From assembly GCA_963771175.1 (NCBI GenBank), contig CAVYSY010000036.1, forward strand, positions 1 through 64,000: a stretch of DNA of 64,000 bases, written 5' to 3'. Shown here piece after piece: positions 10,101 to 22,619 of this stretch. The position numbers and the translations under genes are program-made. A model generated the notes under the pieces. It made no database searches and was not told the DNA's origin. It saw only the letters and a program-made list of their open reading frames with translations. Source of the stretch: an uncultured delta proteobacterium (GTDB lineage Bacteria; Myxococcota; Myxococcia; Myxococcales; Myxococcaceae). Numbering within the stretch: the first letter of the stretch is position 1; each line of letters begins with the position of its first letter.

Positions 10101-10186
10101 TCCGCGCCCCGCTCCTCGCCGCCGAGGCGCCCGTGGCCCCGGGACTGGCCCTGGACAAGAGCGCCTGCGCGATGGATCGCCCGTGC

Positions 10187-10444
10187 TCACCACTCCTGGA
10201 TGGGCGTGACGCGAGGCGTCCCGAGAATCTCCAGGGTGCGCAGCGCCACCTGGATGAGCGTCTGCGCGCACGGCTCACAGCCCCCGGCGCAGCACCTGGG
10301 CCAGTGTCCCTCGGGGTTGCGCAGCAGGGGCCGGACACAGGCCTCGTAGTAGGAGGGGAAGGACAGCTCCTCGCTGGCGCGGCGGAGCGCGGAATTCATC
10401 TGCTCTTCGGTGAGGTCAGCCACGGGCCCATTTAAACCACGCAT
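10187..10444 (-). CDS. small Cys-motif protein (CCxxGCxxC, oxidoreductase-like domain)
   Basis: PRCCAGGCEPC; start codon uncertain. Confidence 0.6.
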   Translation of the reverse strand: MRGLNGPVADLTEEQMNSALRRASEELSFPSYYEACVRPLLRNPEGHWPRCCAGGCEPCAQTLIQVALRTLEILGTPRVTPIQEW

Positions 10445-10736
10445 TGGGCGAACGAGCGCGCCCCATGAATGGCGAAGTGGATGGCCAGGGGACGGCCCCG
10501 GTGGTGGGGTTCGGGTTCGGGCGGTGACGCCCAGGCTCCGAGCGAGAGGCAGAACCGCCCATCGTCCTCATTGTCTCCGAGGACATCAAGGACGCCATGG
10601 ATCGCGCGAGCACCTCTGGCGCGATGTACACGGAGATCTAATCAAGCCTGACCCGTGGCCTGTGTCCCACTAGTCGCAAAGGAGAGGCCGGACCCAGAGG
10701 TCTCGTTAGGTGATGAGGCAGGACAAGTTCCCCAGT

Positions 10737-11651
10737 TCACAAACGAGCTGCGGCATGAAGCACGGCAACAGCCGTATCTCGCAGGAGCAAGAGATCGAGT
10801 TCGAGCCTCTCAGGGGAGAGAACCAGTCGTTCGCCCAAATTTCCTTCTTTGGCAAGACGCACGTATTCGCGATCGATCAAGCCGCGACGATGAACAATCA
10901 GATGTCGCCGCTGATTCAGGAGCAACAGGTCACGATTATCGAGCATCGAGCGAACTCGCTCGTTCTCCGCACCCGGGAACAGCGCCCCGAAAACAACCTT
11001 CATCGCAGGAACGGTGTTAACAGGATGATTCTCAAGCAGAATAGTCCCCATGTGATTCGAGGTATTGAATCCATACTCAGCAAGCGTCTCCATGGAGAGA
11101 TGCTTGAGACCAAACAACTTCCTTGCAGCTTCGTCCTCCATAATCCTGCCAACAAGAACCGACTTCCTATTAACTACCGTCTCCAGCAAATCGCGAGCAA
11201 GAACCTCAAAAGCCCCCCACGCAAGCACCACTCCCTGTCGGAGTATTTCCTGACAAGCATCTGCCAGATCAGCATCCCCTAGAAAAGCGCTCAATTCATT
11301 AAGAATCTGCCCAGAAAAATCAAAAGACCCATCACCCATCCGAACTTCGGCTTTTCTTCGAGCACTGTCTTCAAGCTCGGGCGTCAGAGGCTGGCTTGGA
11401 GCCACATGCTTGAGGGCGCGAATGCGTTCCGCCATGTGGAGCTGCATGAATCTTCTTTTGTGCACACTAGCGGTCGCCATGAAAAAGGGTACCGAAACGG
11501 TTGTTTCGACCGCCACCAAATTCTGGCGAAACGAATCCGCCAACACCTGCAGCGCAGAATCCAGACAACAACCCTCGAAATGAAGATCGAGTTCTCCCCG
11601 CTCAAGCGGAATGAAAAATCGCACCCTCGGCTCAGCCAGTTTTTCACCCAT
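10737..11651 (-). CDS. low-GC hypothetical protein with HEPN-like RxxxxH motif
   Basis: Predominantly helical-looking; AWGAFE upstream and C-terminal RHLIVH; atypical codon usage. Confidence 0.65.
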   Translation of the reverse strand: MGEKLAEPRVRFFIPLERGELDLHFEGCCLDSALQVLADSFRQNLVAVETTVSVPFFMATASVHKRRFMQLHMAERIRALKHVAPSQPLTPELEDSARRKAEVRMGDGSFDFSGQILNELSAFLGDADLADACQEILRQGVVLAWGAFEVLARDLLETVVNRKSVLVGRIMEDEAARKLFGLKHLSMETLAEYGFNTSNHMGTILLENHPVNTVPAMKVVFGALFPGAENERVRSMLDNRDLLLLNQRRHLIVHRRGLIDREYVRLAKEGNLGERLVLSPERLELDLLLLRDTAVAVLHAAARL

Positions 11652-11701
11652 ACAAGTCAAACCCCAGAAACTCTCAACTCAACCTTCCAAGCCCCCTGCA
11701 A

Positions 11702-12872
11702 TCACTCAAGATCGCTCCAGCGATTAATACCATCTTCAATACGCCCTCCAGAAAAAGAGGCAGCCACCATCCTTTTGAACAACAATGGACTGACGGCAAT
11801 AGTCCCAGCGACCAATGGAGAGTATTCTCCTGGTTGAAATCCGCGAAACATGGAGCATCGGGGAGCAGACACCTCTTTCCACTGCTCAAGCGGCTGAACA
11901 AGAATCTCTGGGGCTGCACGACGTTGGCGCCAGACGCCGATCAGCACTTCGCATGTCCCAGCAATCACCTTGAGTGTACTGCTCAAAATACCAGCAAGAG
12001 TCACTTCTGCGGACTCCTCAAGGACAGAAACCTCCAACATATCGCGCAGGACTTCTACTTCTGCACGACCTGGGTCACGGGGGAGCAGCATCACATTAGC
12101 GGGTAGGCGAAAAGGAAGCCAACGCCTAGGGCTTACGCCGATATTTCCGCTCTCAACAGTCAGATTTCTTTCAACGTGCCGGCCACGATGGACCAGCATA
12201 TTTCGATAATCAAGAAGCCATTCCATCCATCCCAAAGGCCCTGACTGGTCGACTACACGGACTATCGCTTCCGCCAACTCGAACTGAAGCCGCTCACCAT
12301 CGGTTGTAGGCGGCTTCATTTTGCGGAATACATTCCTCTGGACTTCATTAAAATCGGCACGAAGAATGCTCTTCTTCAACGCGCCAACACCGATCACAAC
12401 ACCCGCCAAACAATCGAGAGCAGAAGCCACGGCACGCACAACGCCGATGGTGTGCATGCGAGCAAGTTCGCCCGCCAAGTGGTCAGCTGCCGTTCCAAGC
12501 GGCCTAGCATGGAAGCTTGGCCCATCCAGCAAATCAAATCCAAGTGTGGCCACTAGCTCTCGCGACTTCTCGTCGAAAAGCCGCCCAGCTTCCAGAAAGT
12601 GAATTTTGGCCTCACGCAGGTTCATCTCTGATACTGGCCAAACACAATATCATCTGATCGGCAATGAGAATCCGTCGTTGTGTTCCCAAGCCATATCCTG
12701 ACCACCAACCAATACCATAAGCAGAAGGATCTAGATCTCTCTGGAGTTCCTCTGCCAATGCACGCACTTCAGGCACACTGACACCCAGAGCATCAGACAG
12801 CTGCTCATTCGGGCCACGTGGATCATCCTTCGGGAAGGGCTGCTGCAACCGACCTAATTCACTCTGCCGCAT
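11702..12872 (-). CDS. low-GC hypothetical protein with HEPN-like RNxxxH motif (frameshift near 12620)
   Basis: ORFs 12612-12917 and 11702-12625 overlap and join; SALDCLA and DYRNMLVH motifs. Confidence 0.6.
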
Positions 12873-12906
12873 CGTAAAGCCCCAGAAATTTCGTAATAAT
12901 TTAGTT

Positions 12907-13924
12907 TTAACCCACAACCCGCACCTCGCGCACCTGAGGCGAGACCTCCCTGACGGAAATCCTCACGTCGAGGAAGTGCGCGAACGTCTCAATCTGCGTC
13001 TGCGCATGCCCATCGAGCGGCAGGGTTCGGAACGAGCCTCCACGGGCCAACGCCAGCAGCAGCATGAGCTGATCACACAGGTGCTCCCCCACAGGTACAC
13101 CGGCCTCCAGGTAGACCCGCGCCTCCTCCGCCGCGGCAGCCGCCACGTCCTCCGCTCGCACGCCCCGCTCCCCGAACGCGGTGAACACCTCGGTGACGTG
13201 CTCGCTCTCGACTTCCAGTGCCAGCGCGTTCCCCGGCCCCACCGAGCGCTTCAGTTCCTCCACCCGTCGCTCCTCCGCGCCCCACCCGAGCACCCGCCCC
13301 ACCGTCTCCAGCTCCCGCTGGGCCACGACATACGGCACCTGGGCAATCAGCGCCGTGGCCTGCTTCCGCACCACGTTTCCCCGCTCCAGCAAGTGCAAGC
13401 GGCTTCAGGGGCGCGGGCTGCACGCTCACCCGGAACTTCCCTCCCCCCGCCGGGAAGAAGCCGGGCCGCTCCAGCGTGGCCTCCACGCTCGGCCCCATCC
13501 GCCGCACCAGCGGCAGGTACGCCTTCGCCAGGAAGTCGAACGGCGGCGCCGCCGGGTTGTGCGTCCCCCCCTCGAGCACCAGCGTCGACGGCCCGCTCGC
13601 GCTCAGCAGCGCCGGCAGCACCGTCTGCAGCACCAGCGTCGCGCTCCCCGCCGTCCCCACCGCGAAGTGGTAGTCCCCGGACTTCAGGCTCCGCGGCCGG
13701 AACGTCAGCTCCTTCGAGTGCAGCTCCGCCCCTTCCAGCTCCGCGTCGCCCACCGCCGCCGCCGCCTTCACCGCCGTCAGGTGCTGGCGCAGCAGCCCCG
13801 GCTTCGAGCGCCCCGCTCGGATATTCACCATCTGGAACGGCGTCCCCGTCACCAGCGACAGCGCCAGCGACGTGCGCAGCACCTGCCCGCCTCCCTCTCC
13901 CTTTGAACCATCGATGCGAATCAT
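12907..13924 (-). CDS. rtcA: RNA 3'-terminal phosphate cyclase (frameshift near 13395)
   Basis: MIRIDGSKGEGGGQVLRTSLALS, GGTHNP, GFFPAGGG, HLCDQL. Confidence 0.95.
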
Positions 13925-14055
13925 CTCGAAACCCTCCCAATCAACCTCGTGCCCGCACGTAGCGACGCCCGCTCCCTCATCCTAGCGGCCGAAGCCTCGG
14001 AGAGAGCGGGCATCTCGATGTCTCTATCCCCTCATGTCTTTCCTCCCATGCCGGG

Positions 14056-15293
<1,238 letters not shown>

Positions 15294-15349
15294 GACCTGC
15301 TCCTTCGCAATCCGTCCGCCCGGTCCGTGCCGGGCACGCGAGGGGGTAA

Positions 15350-15365
15350 AGCAGCCCGCGTGCCA
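15350..15365 (-). promoter_or_regulatory. sigma54 (-24/-12) promoter of rtcBA
   Basis: TGGCACGCGGGCTGCT, GG-N10-GC spacing, between rtcR and rtcB. Confidence 0.8.
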
Positions 15366-15434
15366 GCCCCGTCCCGAGGGGAGGCACGATTCCCCTGCCC
15401 GTTTCCTTATCTCCCCGGCTAAATTCGTATCCGC

Positions 15435-17085
<1,651 letters not shown>

Positions 17086-17220
17086 GCGGAGTCCCATCGC
17101 TCGGTTGCCTCCAGGCCTGTCCGGCAACCGGGCGCCAGCCCGCCAGCTCCGTTCTGGCGTCTGGCGAGCTCCAGGGTCCTTCCCCACCTTGGATGGAAGG
17201 CATACGTCCTGGAGGCGAAC

Positions 17221-17503
17221 ATGCCCGTCCTGTTCGCGATCTTCTCGCTCATCATCCCGCGCGCTGGTGGTGCTGGTGCTGTGGTTCCTCACCGACTGGT
17301 TCCGGGGCATGTTCGACACGCTGCTCTGGCCCATCCTCGGCTTCATCTTCCTGCCCACCACGCTGCTCTGGTACTCGGCCGTGCAGCACTGGTTCGACGG
17401 GCAATGGACGCTCTGGCCCATCGTGGGGCTGGTCGTCTCCTTGATGATCGACGTGTGGTCGAGAGGCGGACGCGGCGGCAAATCCGAGCCCCCCGTCATG
17501 TGA
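17221..17503 (+). CDS. small membrane protein (frameshift near 17262)
   Basis: GGAGG RBS; MPVLFAIFSLIIPR continues as LVVLVLWFLTDW...WPILGFIFLPTTLLWY. Confidence 0.65.
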
Positions 17504-17585
17504 AGGCCTCCCGCCGAACCGTTCCCGCATAGGGTACTCTCCGCGCCCGCTCGGGGCCGCGTGCCCCGGCCTGCCGGGAGTCCAC

Positions 17586-18455
17586 GTGAGGTACTTCGTC
17601 ATGGTCGCCGTGGGGGCCACCCTCTGGGGGTGCTGGTCCCTCTTCCTGCGACCCGCCGGGCTCTCCGGCCCCCAGAGCGCCCTGCTCGTCATGGGCGTCA
17701 TGTCCCTGCCCGCCCCCTTCGTCCTGCGCCGCGAGTCCCTCCGCGACCGCCGTGCCACGCTCGCGCTCGCCCTCGTCGGGCTCTCCGACGCCGCCAACGC
17801 CGCCCTCTACTTCGCCGCCGTCCAGCGCGGGCCCCTCGCCGTCGCCGTCCTCACCCACTACCTCGCCCCCCTCCTCATCGCCCTCGCCGCCCCCTGGGTG
17901 CTGCGCGAGCCCCGCTCCGCCCGCGCCCTCATCGGGGCCCCCCTCACCCTCGCCGGCCTCGCGCTCCTCCTGGGCACTCCCCAGGGTGGACTCACCGACT
18001 CCTGGACCGCCCTCCTCGGCGGCGCCAGCGCCCTCTTCTACATGGCCAACGTCCTGGCCTCGAAGGTGGCCGCCCGCGCCTACTCGCCCCTCGCCGTCAC
18101 CGCCCTCCACGCCCCCATCTCGGCCCTCGCGCTGCTGCTCGTCTTCGGACGCAGCGCCCTGCCTCCCGCGCTCGACGCCCACCTCCTCCTCGCCATCGGT
18201 GGTGGCGCCCTGTGCGGCCTCTTCGCCAACCTGCTGTTCATTGTCGGACTCCGCCGCATCCCCACCGCCGCCGCCGGGGCCCTCACCTACCTGGAGCCCC
18301 TCACCGCCGCCCTCCTCGGGCAGCTCGTCTTCGGCGAGGCCCTCGGGTCGCTGGGACTCCTGGGCGGCCTCGTCGTCCTCATCTCCGGCGCCTGGGTCGC
18401 CAGCGAGTCCCGTGCTCCCGCGGAGGCGCGCCCCGCCCCCACGGGTACGGGGTGA
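17586..18455 (+). CDS. DMT/EamA family transporter
   Basis: About 10 hydrophobic helices; YLAPLL and YLEPLTA repeats. Confidence 0.85.
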   Translation: MRYFVMVAVGATLWGCWSLFLRPAGLSGPQSALLVMGVMSLPAPFVLRRESLRDRRATLALALVGLSDAANAALYFAAVQRGPLAVAVLTHYLAPLLIALAAPWVLREPRSARALIGAPLTLAGLALLLGTPQGGLTDSWTALLGGASALFYMANVLASKVAARAYSPLAVTALHAPISALALLLVFGRSALPPALDAHLLLAIGGGALCGLFANLLFIVGLRRIPTAAAGALTYLEPLTAALLGQLVFGEALGSLGLLGGLVVLISGAWVASESRAPAEARPAPTGTG

Positions 18456-18467
18456 CCCATCGGGGGC

Positions 18468-18806
18468 TCAGCCCAGTTGCTTCTCCAGGGCGGCCCTCAC
18501 GTCCGCGGTGAAGCCCGCCAGGAGCTGACTCCCCGTGTCGATGAGCGGCCTGCGGACGTGGTTGGGGTTCGCGGCGAGGTGCCGCACCAGCTCCTCCTCC
18601 CCCAGCGTCCCCAGCTCCGCCTTCCTCTTGGGGGCGATGAGCTCCCGCACGCCTCCCAACCTCGCCGCCAGGGCCCGGACCTCGGCCTCGCTCAGCGGTT
18701 TCTTCACCAGCTCCCGTACTTCCGCCTGCACCGACTTGTGCGCGAGAAACTCCCGCGCTGACTTACAACCCGTTCAACCGTTCTTGATATAGAGCGTGAT
18801 GGACAT
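18468..18806 (-). CDS. ArsC/Spx-like thioredoxin-fold protein with in-frame UGA (UxxC), putative selenoprotein
   Basis: GGGAGG RBS; MSITLYIKNG-UGA-TGCKSAREFL...KPLSEAEV...NPNHVRRPLI...GF. Confidence 0.8.
18736..18768 (-). promoter_or_regulatory. candidate bacterial SECIS hairpin
   Basis: UUGU-AAGUCA-GCGCGGGA-[GUU]-UCUCGCGC-ACAA; loop begins with G, 23 nt after UGA. Confidence 0.6.
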
Positions 18807-18915
18807 GCCTCCCGTGTAGCAGTCCGTCCGCCCTCCCTCAATTACCCGCTTGCGCTCCGGGCCCGGGGAGTGCTCCTCTTTTCATCCCGACCGCGCCCAC
18901 GGGAGCAGTACCCGA

Positions 18916-19461
18916 ATGGAACCCTCCGTCGACAGCCGTGAGTACCGCGTCGTCTTCTTCTGCCCGACCTCGAGCGCGCAGCTGGAGCACATCGAGGCCC
19001 CCGTACGCCGCGTCCTCACGCGCATCTCCGCCCCTCCCGCCGAGCTCGCTCCGCTCGAGGCCGCCGGGACGCTCGGGGAGGCCGGCTGGCGCGTGTACCT
19101 GGTGCGCTCCATGACCGAGCGCTCCGCCGCGCACGCCCTGGCCGCCCACGTCACCGAGGCCGCCTCGGCCATCGCCAGCGAGCTGGACACCGAGGTGCTC
19201 GGCCTCTACGTGGACGTGGCCAGCGACTCGGCCCGCATCTGCCGCTGCATCCCGGACGAGAACCCCGAGATCTTCGCCGGCCGCCGCCGCAACGTGCTCG
19301 ACCGCACCGCCGAGTGGCTGGACATCAACCCGGCCAGCCTGTCGGCCCTCTTCCAGCTCGCCCTGGAGCCGGATGAGGAGGCGGACGCGGAAGATCGCTT
19401 CGTCGAGGCCAAGTTGCGCGAGGCGCGCGAGCTGATGCAGCGCTATCGTCAGGGCAAATGA
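18916..19461 (+). CDS. hypothetical protein
   Basis: Open frame with host-like codon bias; overlaps the next start (ATGA). Confidence 0.65.
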   Translation: MEPSVDSREYRVVFFCPTSSAQLEHIEAPVRRVLTRISAPPAELAPLEAAGTLGEAGWRVYLVRSMTERSAAHALAAHVTEAASAIASELDTEVLGLYVDVASDSARICRCIPDENPEIFAGRRRNVLDRTAEWLDINPASLSALFQLALEPDEEADAEDRFVEAKLREARELMQRYRQGK

Positions 19462-20072
19462 GGTCCCGTACCCCGGAGGATCTCTCCGGCCGCTGTCCCG
19501 ACTGCTATCTGCCCTCGGCACTGTGCCTGTGCGCCGAGGTTGCCCGGGTGGACACCCGCACCGACTTCCTCGTCGTCCGCCACAACAAGGAAGCCAACAA
19601 GTCCACCAACACGGCGCGCCTGGCGGCGCTCGCCCTGCACCGCTGCCACATCCTCACCTATGGCGCCCCGGGCCAGCCCTTCGATGTGTCGGTGCTCTCG
19701 GCGCCGGGCACCTGGCTGCTCTTCCCGGATGCCCAGCCCCCACCCCCCGGGACGCCTCCACCCGAGCGGCTGGTGGTGCTGGACGGCAACTGGACGCAGG
19801 CCCGGCGCATGTACCAGCGCCTCCCCGAGCTGCGTCGGCTGCCGGGACTCGCCCTGCCGCCCCCCGCCCCGGACTCCCGGCGCCTGCGCCGCTCGCCCCA
19901 CCCCTACGGCATGTCCACCGTGGAGGCCATCGCCGGGGCCATCGCCGTGCTCGAGGGCCCGGAGCTGGCCCGTCCGCTCTATGAGCTCCACGAGCTGATG
20001 ATCGATCGCGTCCTGGCCAGCCGGGGCCGGAGCAGCGACGACGAGCAGGGGTTGGTGCATGACCTGGACTGA
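19458..20072 (+). CDS. DTW-domain tRNA-uridine aminocarboxypropyltransferase-like protein
   Basis: CPDC...CLC, HNKE...STNTARL, LLFP, VVLDGNW, MSTVEAIA. Confidence 0.85.
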   Translation: MRSRTPEDLSGRCPDCYLPSALCLCAEVARVDTRTDFLVVRHNKEANKSTNTARLAALALHRCHILTYGAPGQPFDVSVLSAPGTWLLFPDAQPPPPGTPPPERLVVLDGNWTQARRMYQRLPELRRLPGLALPPPAPDSRRLRRSPHPYGMSTVEAIAGAIAVLEGPELARPLYELHELMIDRVLASRGRSSDDEQGLVHDLD

Positions 20073-20137
20073 GGAGGTCCTGGCCTTTTCCCTCCCCCTC
20101 GGAGGAAAGTTCCCGACGACCAAGGGGGGTCATCGCA

Positions 20138-22117
20138 ATGACGATGGGGCGTCCTTCCACACCAGACCGCGAGTTCTCGCGCCTGCTCGGCTCGGGCATC
20201 ACCTACCTGAAGCAGCGCCAGGCGCCTGACGCCCTCTGGCACAGTCCATCCCTCGGTGGACCGATACACACCAGCATGGGGCTCCTCTCGACGAACCTCC
20301 TCGGTGAGGAGGACCCCCTCCGCTTCACGCGGGAGCGGACGCTCGTCGAGAACCTGCTGGCGGACCAGGCCGTGGATGGCGGCTTCATCGCCTACCCCGG
20401 CGGCCCCTCCACCCGGCCCAGCACCCGCATCGTCCTGCTCTCGCTCCAGGTCTTCGGCCAGCACCACCGGGAGGCCCTGGAGCGCGCTCCGGAGCTGCGT
20501 GTGCGCATGGAGCAGGCGGAGCGCCGCGCGCGGGGATTCCTCACCTCTGGCAAGCGCACGGAAGAGCCAGGGGGCGGGTTCTTCAAGGCCGTCGCGGACA
20601 TCCTGTACGACTCCATCAACCCGGAGCACTCGCGGACGCTCCCCGCGCTCCCTGGGATACCCGGGGTGACTCGCCTGCTGCTCGAGCTGAAGCTGCTGGA
20701 GCGCCCCCGGCACCGCATCTCGATGTTCTTCGTGCAGGTCCTGCCGGCCTTCACCGTCCTGTTCCACAAGGCCGCCGAGCGCTCGTCGTGGGTTCGCGCC
20801 ACCCATGCCTTCACGCGGAAGCTCGGTCGTGGCTCCCAGGCATTGAACGCACTGGAGGACCGCATCCTCGCGCTCCAGGAGCCCGGCGGAGCCTGGATGT
20901 GGACCGTCATGGGGACCACGCTCAACCTGCTCGCGCTCCGGGCCCTGGGCCATGGGCCCTCCCATCCGGCGATCCGCCGGGGCATCGCGTACATCGAGCG
21001 GCTGCGGATGCCCACCACCGAGGGACGCCTCGTCCAGGCGTGGTGCCACTCCGAGATCTGGGACACCGTCTGGGCCTGCGACACCCTGCTCGTCGCGGGC
21101 GAGCAGCCCGAGCTGCTCCGCAGCGCCGAGGTGGTCGAGCGCGTCCTGGAGCAGCAGCGCAGCGGCTACTGGGCATACGGCAACGCCTCCAGCCAGGGGG
21201 AGAACGACTCCACCTCGCTCGTCGTCGCCAGCCTCGCGAAGCTCGCGCGGGGGCTCGAGGGAAGGACGCGGAACGCCCTCGTCGTGTCGGTGCGGCAGGC
21301 GGTGACCGAGTTCCTGCGCGCCCAGCAGCGGGATGGGGGCTGGGGCTACTCGCCCGCTCCCCACCTGGCACCCTACTCGTACGGCTCCCGGGTACCCTCC
21401 GGCTCCGAGGCCAACCTGATCGACGCCTCAACGGCGGACGTCACCGCGCGCGTCCTGCTCGCGCTCCAGGCCGTGGAGGCCACGGACCTGCTGGAGGCGG
21501 GGATGGCCGCCCAGGCCCGCGACGCCATGAAGCGGGGGATGGAGTTCCTGAGGCACTCGCAGACCCGGACGGGAAGCTGGTGGGGACGCTGGCGCGCCGG
21601 CTACCTGTCGGCGTTGCCGTTCATCACCCCGGCCCTCCGGGTGGGAGGCGAGCCCGAGGGCTCGGCCTGCTTCACCGCCGTGCGCGACTTCCTATTCACC
21701 CACCAGCACCCGGATGGGGGCTGGGGCGATGGAACCGAGGCCGACCGTGATGCCTCGAAGGCCGGCTGCGGCGCGAGCACGCCCCTGCAGACCGCGGGCG
21801 CCCTCATCGCGCTGGTCGCGACGACTCCGGGGAAGGACCTCGGAGACAGCGTGCCCCTCCAGCGGGGAGTCGACTACCTCGCCCGAACCCAGCGCGCCGG
21901 CACCTGGAGCAACGGCCGGGCCCTCTACACCGCTGCGTTCCAGGCCGACTACTACGACTCCCCCATGGGGACGCACACGATGGTCACCCGGGCGCTCACC
22001 TATATCTCGCTCGCGAGAGACCTCGGCGTCGACGCGGCCACCCGGCGGATGGTGTGCGGGAAGGGTCTCGGAGAGCCGCTGGCGCGCGGGCGCGAGCTGA
22101 CAGGGAACCCGGCTTGA
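20138..22117 (+). CDS. squalene-hopene-cyclase-fold (class II terpene cyclase) protein
   Basis: QW repeats (QQRDGGWG, QTRTGSWWGRW, QHPDGGWG), IWDT, TADVTARVL, STPLQTA. Confidence 0.85.
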   Translation: MTMGRPSTPDREFSRLLGSGITYLKQRQAPDALWHSPSLGGPIHTSMGLLSTNLLGEEDPLRFTRERTLVENLLADQAVDGGFIAYPGGPSTRPSTRIVLLSLQVFGQHHREALERAPELRVRMEQAERRARGFLTSGKRTEEPGGGFFKAVADILYDSINPEHSRTLPALPGIPGVTRLLLELKLLERPRHRISMFFVQVLPAFTVLFHKAAERSSWVRATHAFTRKLGRGSQALNALEDRILALQEPGGAWMWTVMGTTLNLLALRALGHGPSHPAIRRGIAYIERLRMPTTEGRLVQAWCHSEIWDTVWACDTLLVAGEQPELLRSAEVVERVLEQQRSGYWAYGNASSQGENDSTSLVVASLAKLARGLEGRTRNALVVSVRQAVTEFLRAQQRDGGWGYSPAPHLAPYSYGSRVPSGSEANLIDASTADVTARVLLALQAVEATDLLEAGMAAQARDAMKRGMEFLRHSQTRTGSWWGRWRAGYLSALPFITPALRVGGEPEGSACFTAVRDFLFTHQHPDGGWGDGTEADRDASKAGCGASTPLQTAGALIALVATTPGKDLGDSVPLQRGVDYLARTQRAGTWSNGRALYTAAFQADYYDSPMGTHTMVTRALTYISLARDLGVDAATRRMVCGKGLGEPLARGRELTGNPA

Positions 22118-22619
22118 GCGCAGGCCCGAGGCTGAGCGGGCAGACCGGGAGCCAGGGGCCCGCCAGCCGTGAAGTCATGAGGTAGAATGGGCGCGAAAAA
22201 GAACGCGGCCCGCTCCCTGGAGCCCCCCGGCGCCAAGAAGCGGGCCTCGTAGCCTCGCGGGCCCCCCCGGACCTCACGAGAATGGGAGGCGCCTTCCCCC
22301 CTTTGACAGCAAGGCGCCTCCCAGGGTGACCGGTCCGCAGTGCAAGCCCCCTCGCTCGACGAACCGTTCCCGATTTCTGAAAGCACCCTCTCATGACCTC
22401 CGCCTCCGGCGCTGTGAGCCGGCTCACTCCGACGGTGTGAAATGAATCACACCCCCGCGGGCGCCAGCGGGCCGGTCTTTCCGCCGTCCACACCCAAGGT
22501 GCTGGTACGATTGCAGCCAGAGTGGCACGCCCACCCGGAGCCACACTCCCCTCTCGGCGGAGCGCAGGGGGTGCGATACCGTTCCGCTCCCCGGACGCTC
22601 TTCTTCCCCAGGAAGGCAC

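Noticed and set aside
10416..10631. YIAPEVL resembling a Ser/Thr kinase APE motif
   Set aside because: No other kinase motifs nearby; too short to support
10660..12906. Calling the low-GC block an IS or prophage
   Set aside because: No transposase, integrase or terminal repeats seen; only composition suggests foreign origin
20138..22117. Terpene cyclase and mevalonate operon as a single biosynthetic cluster
   Set aside because: About 35 kb apart with many unrelated genes between them
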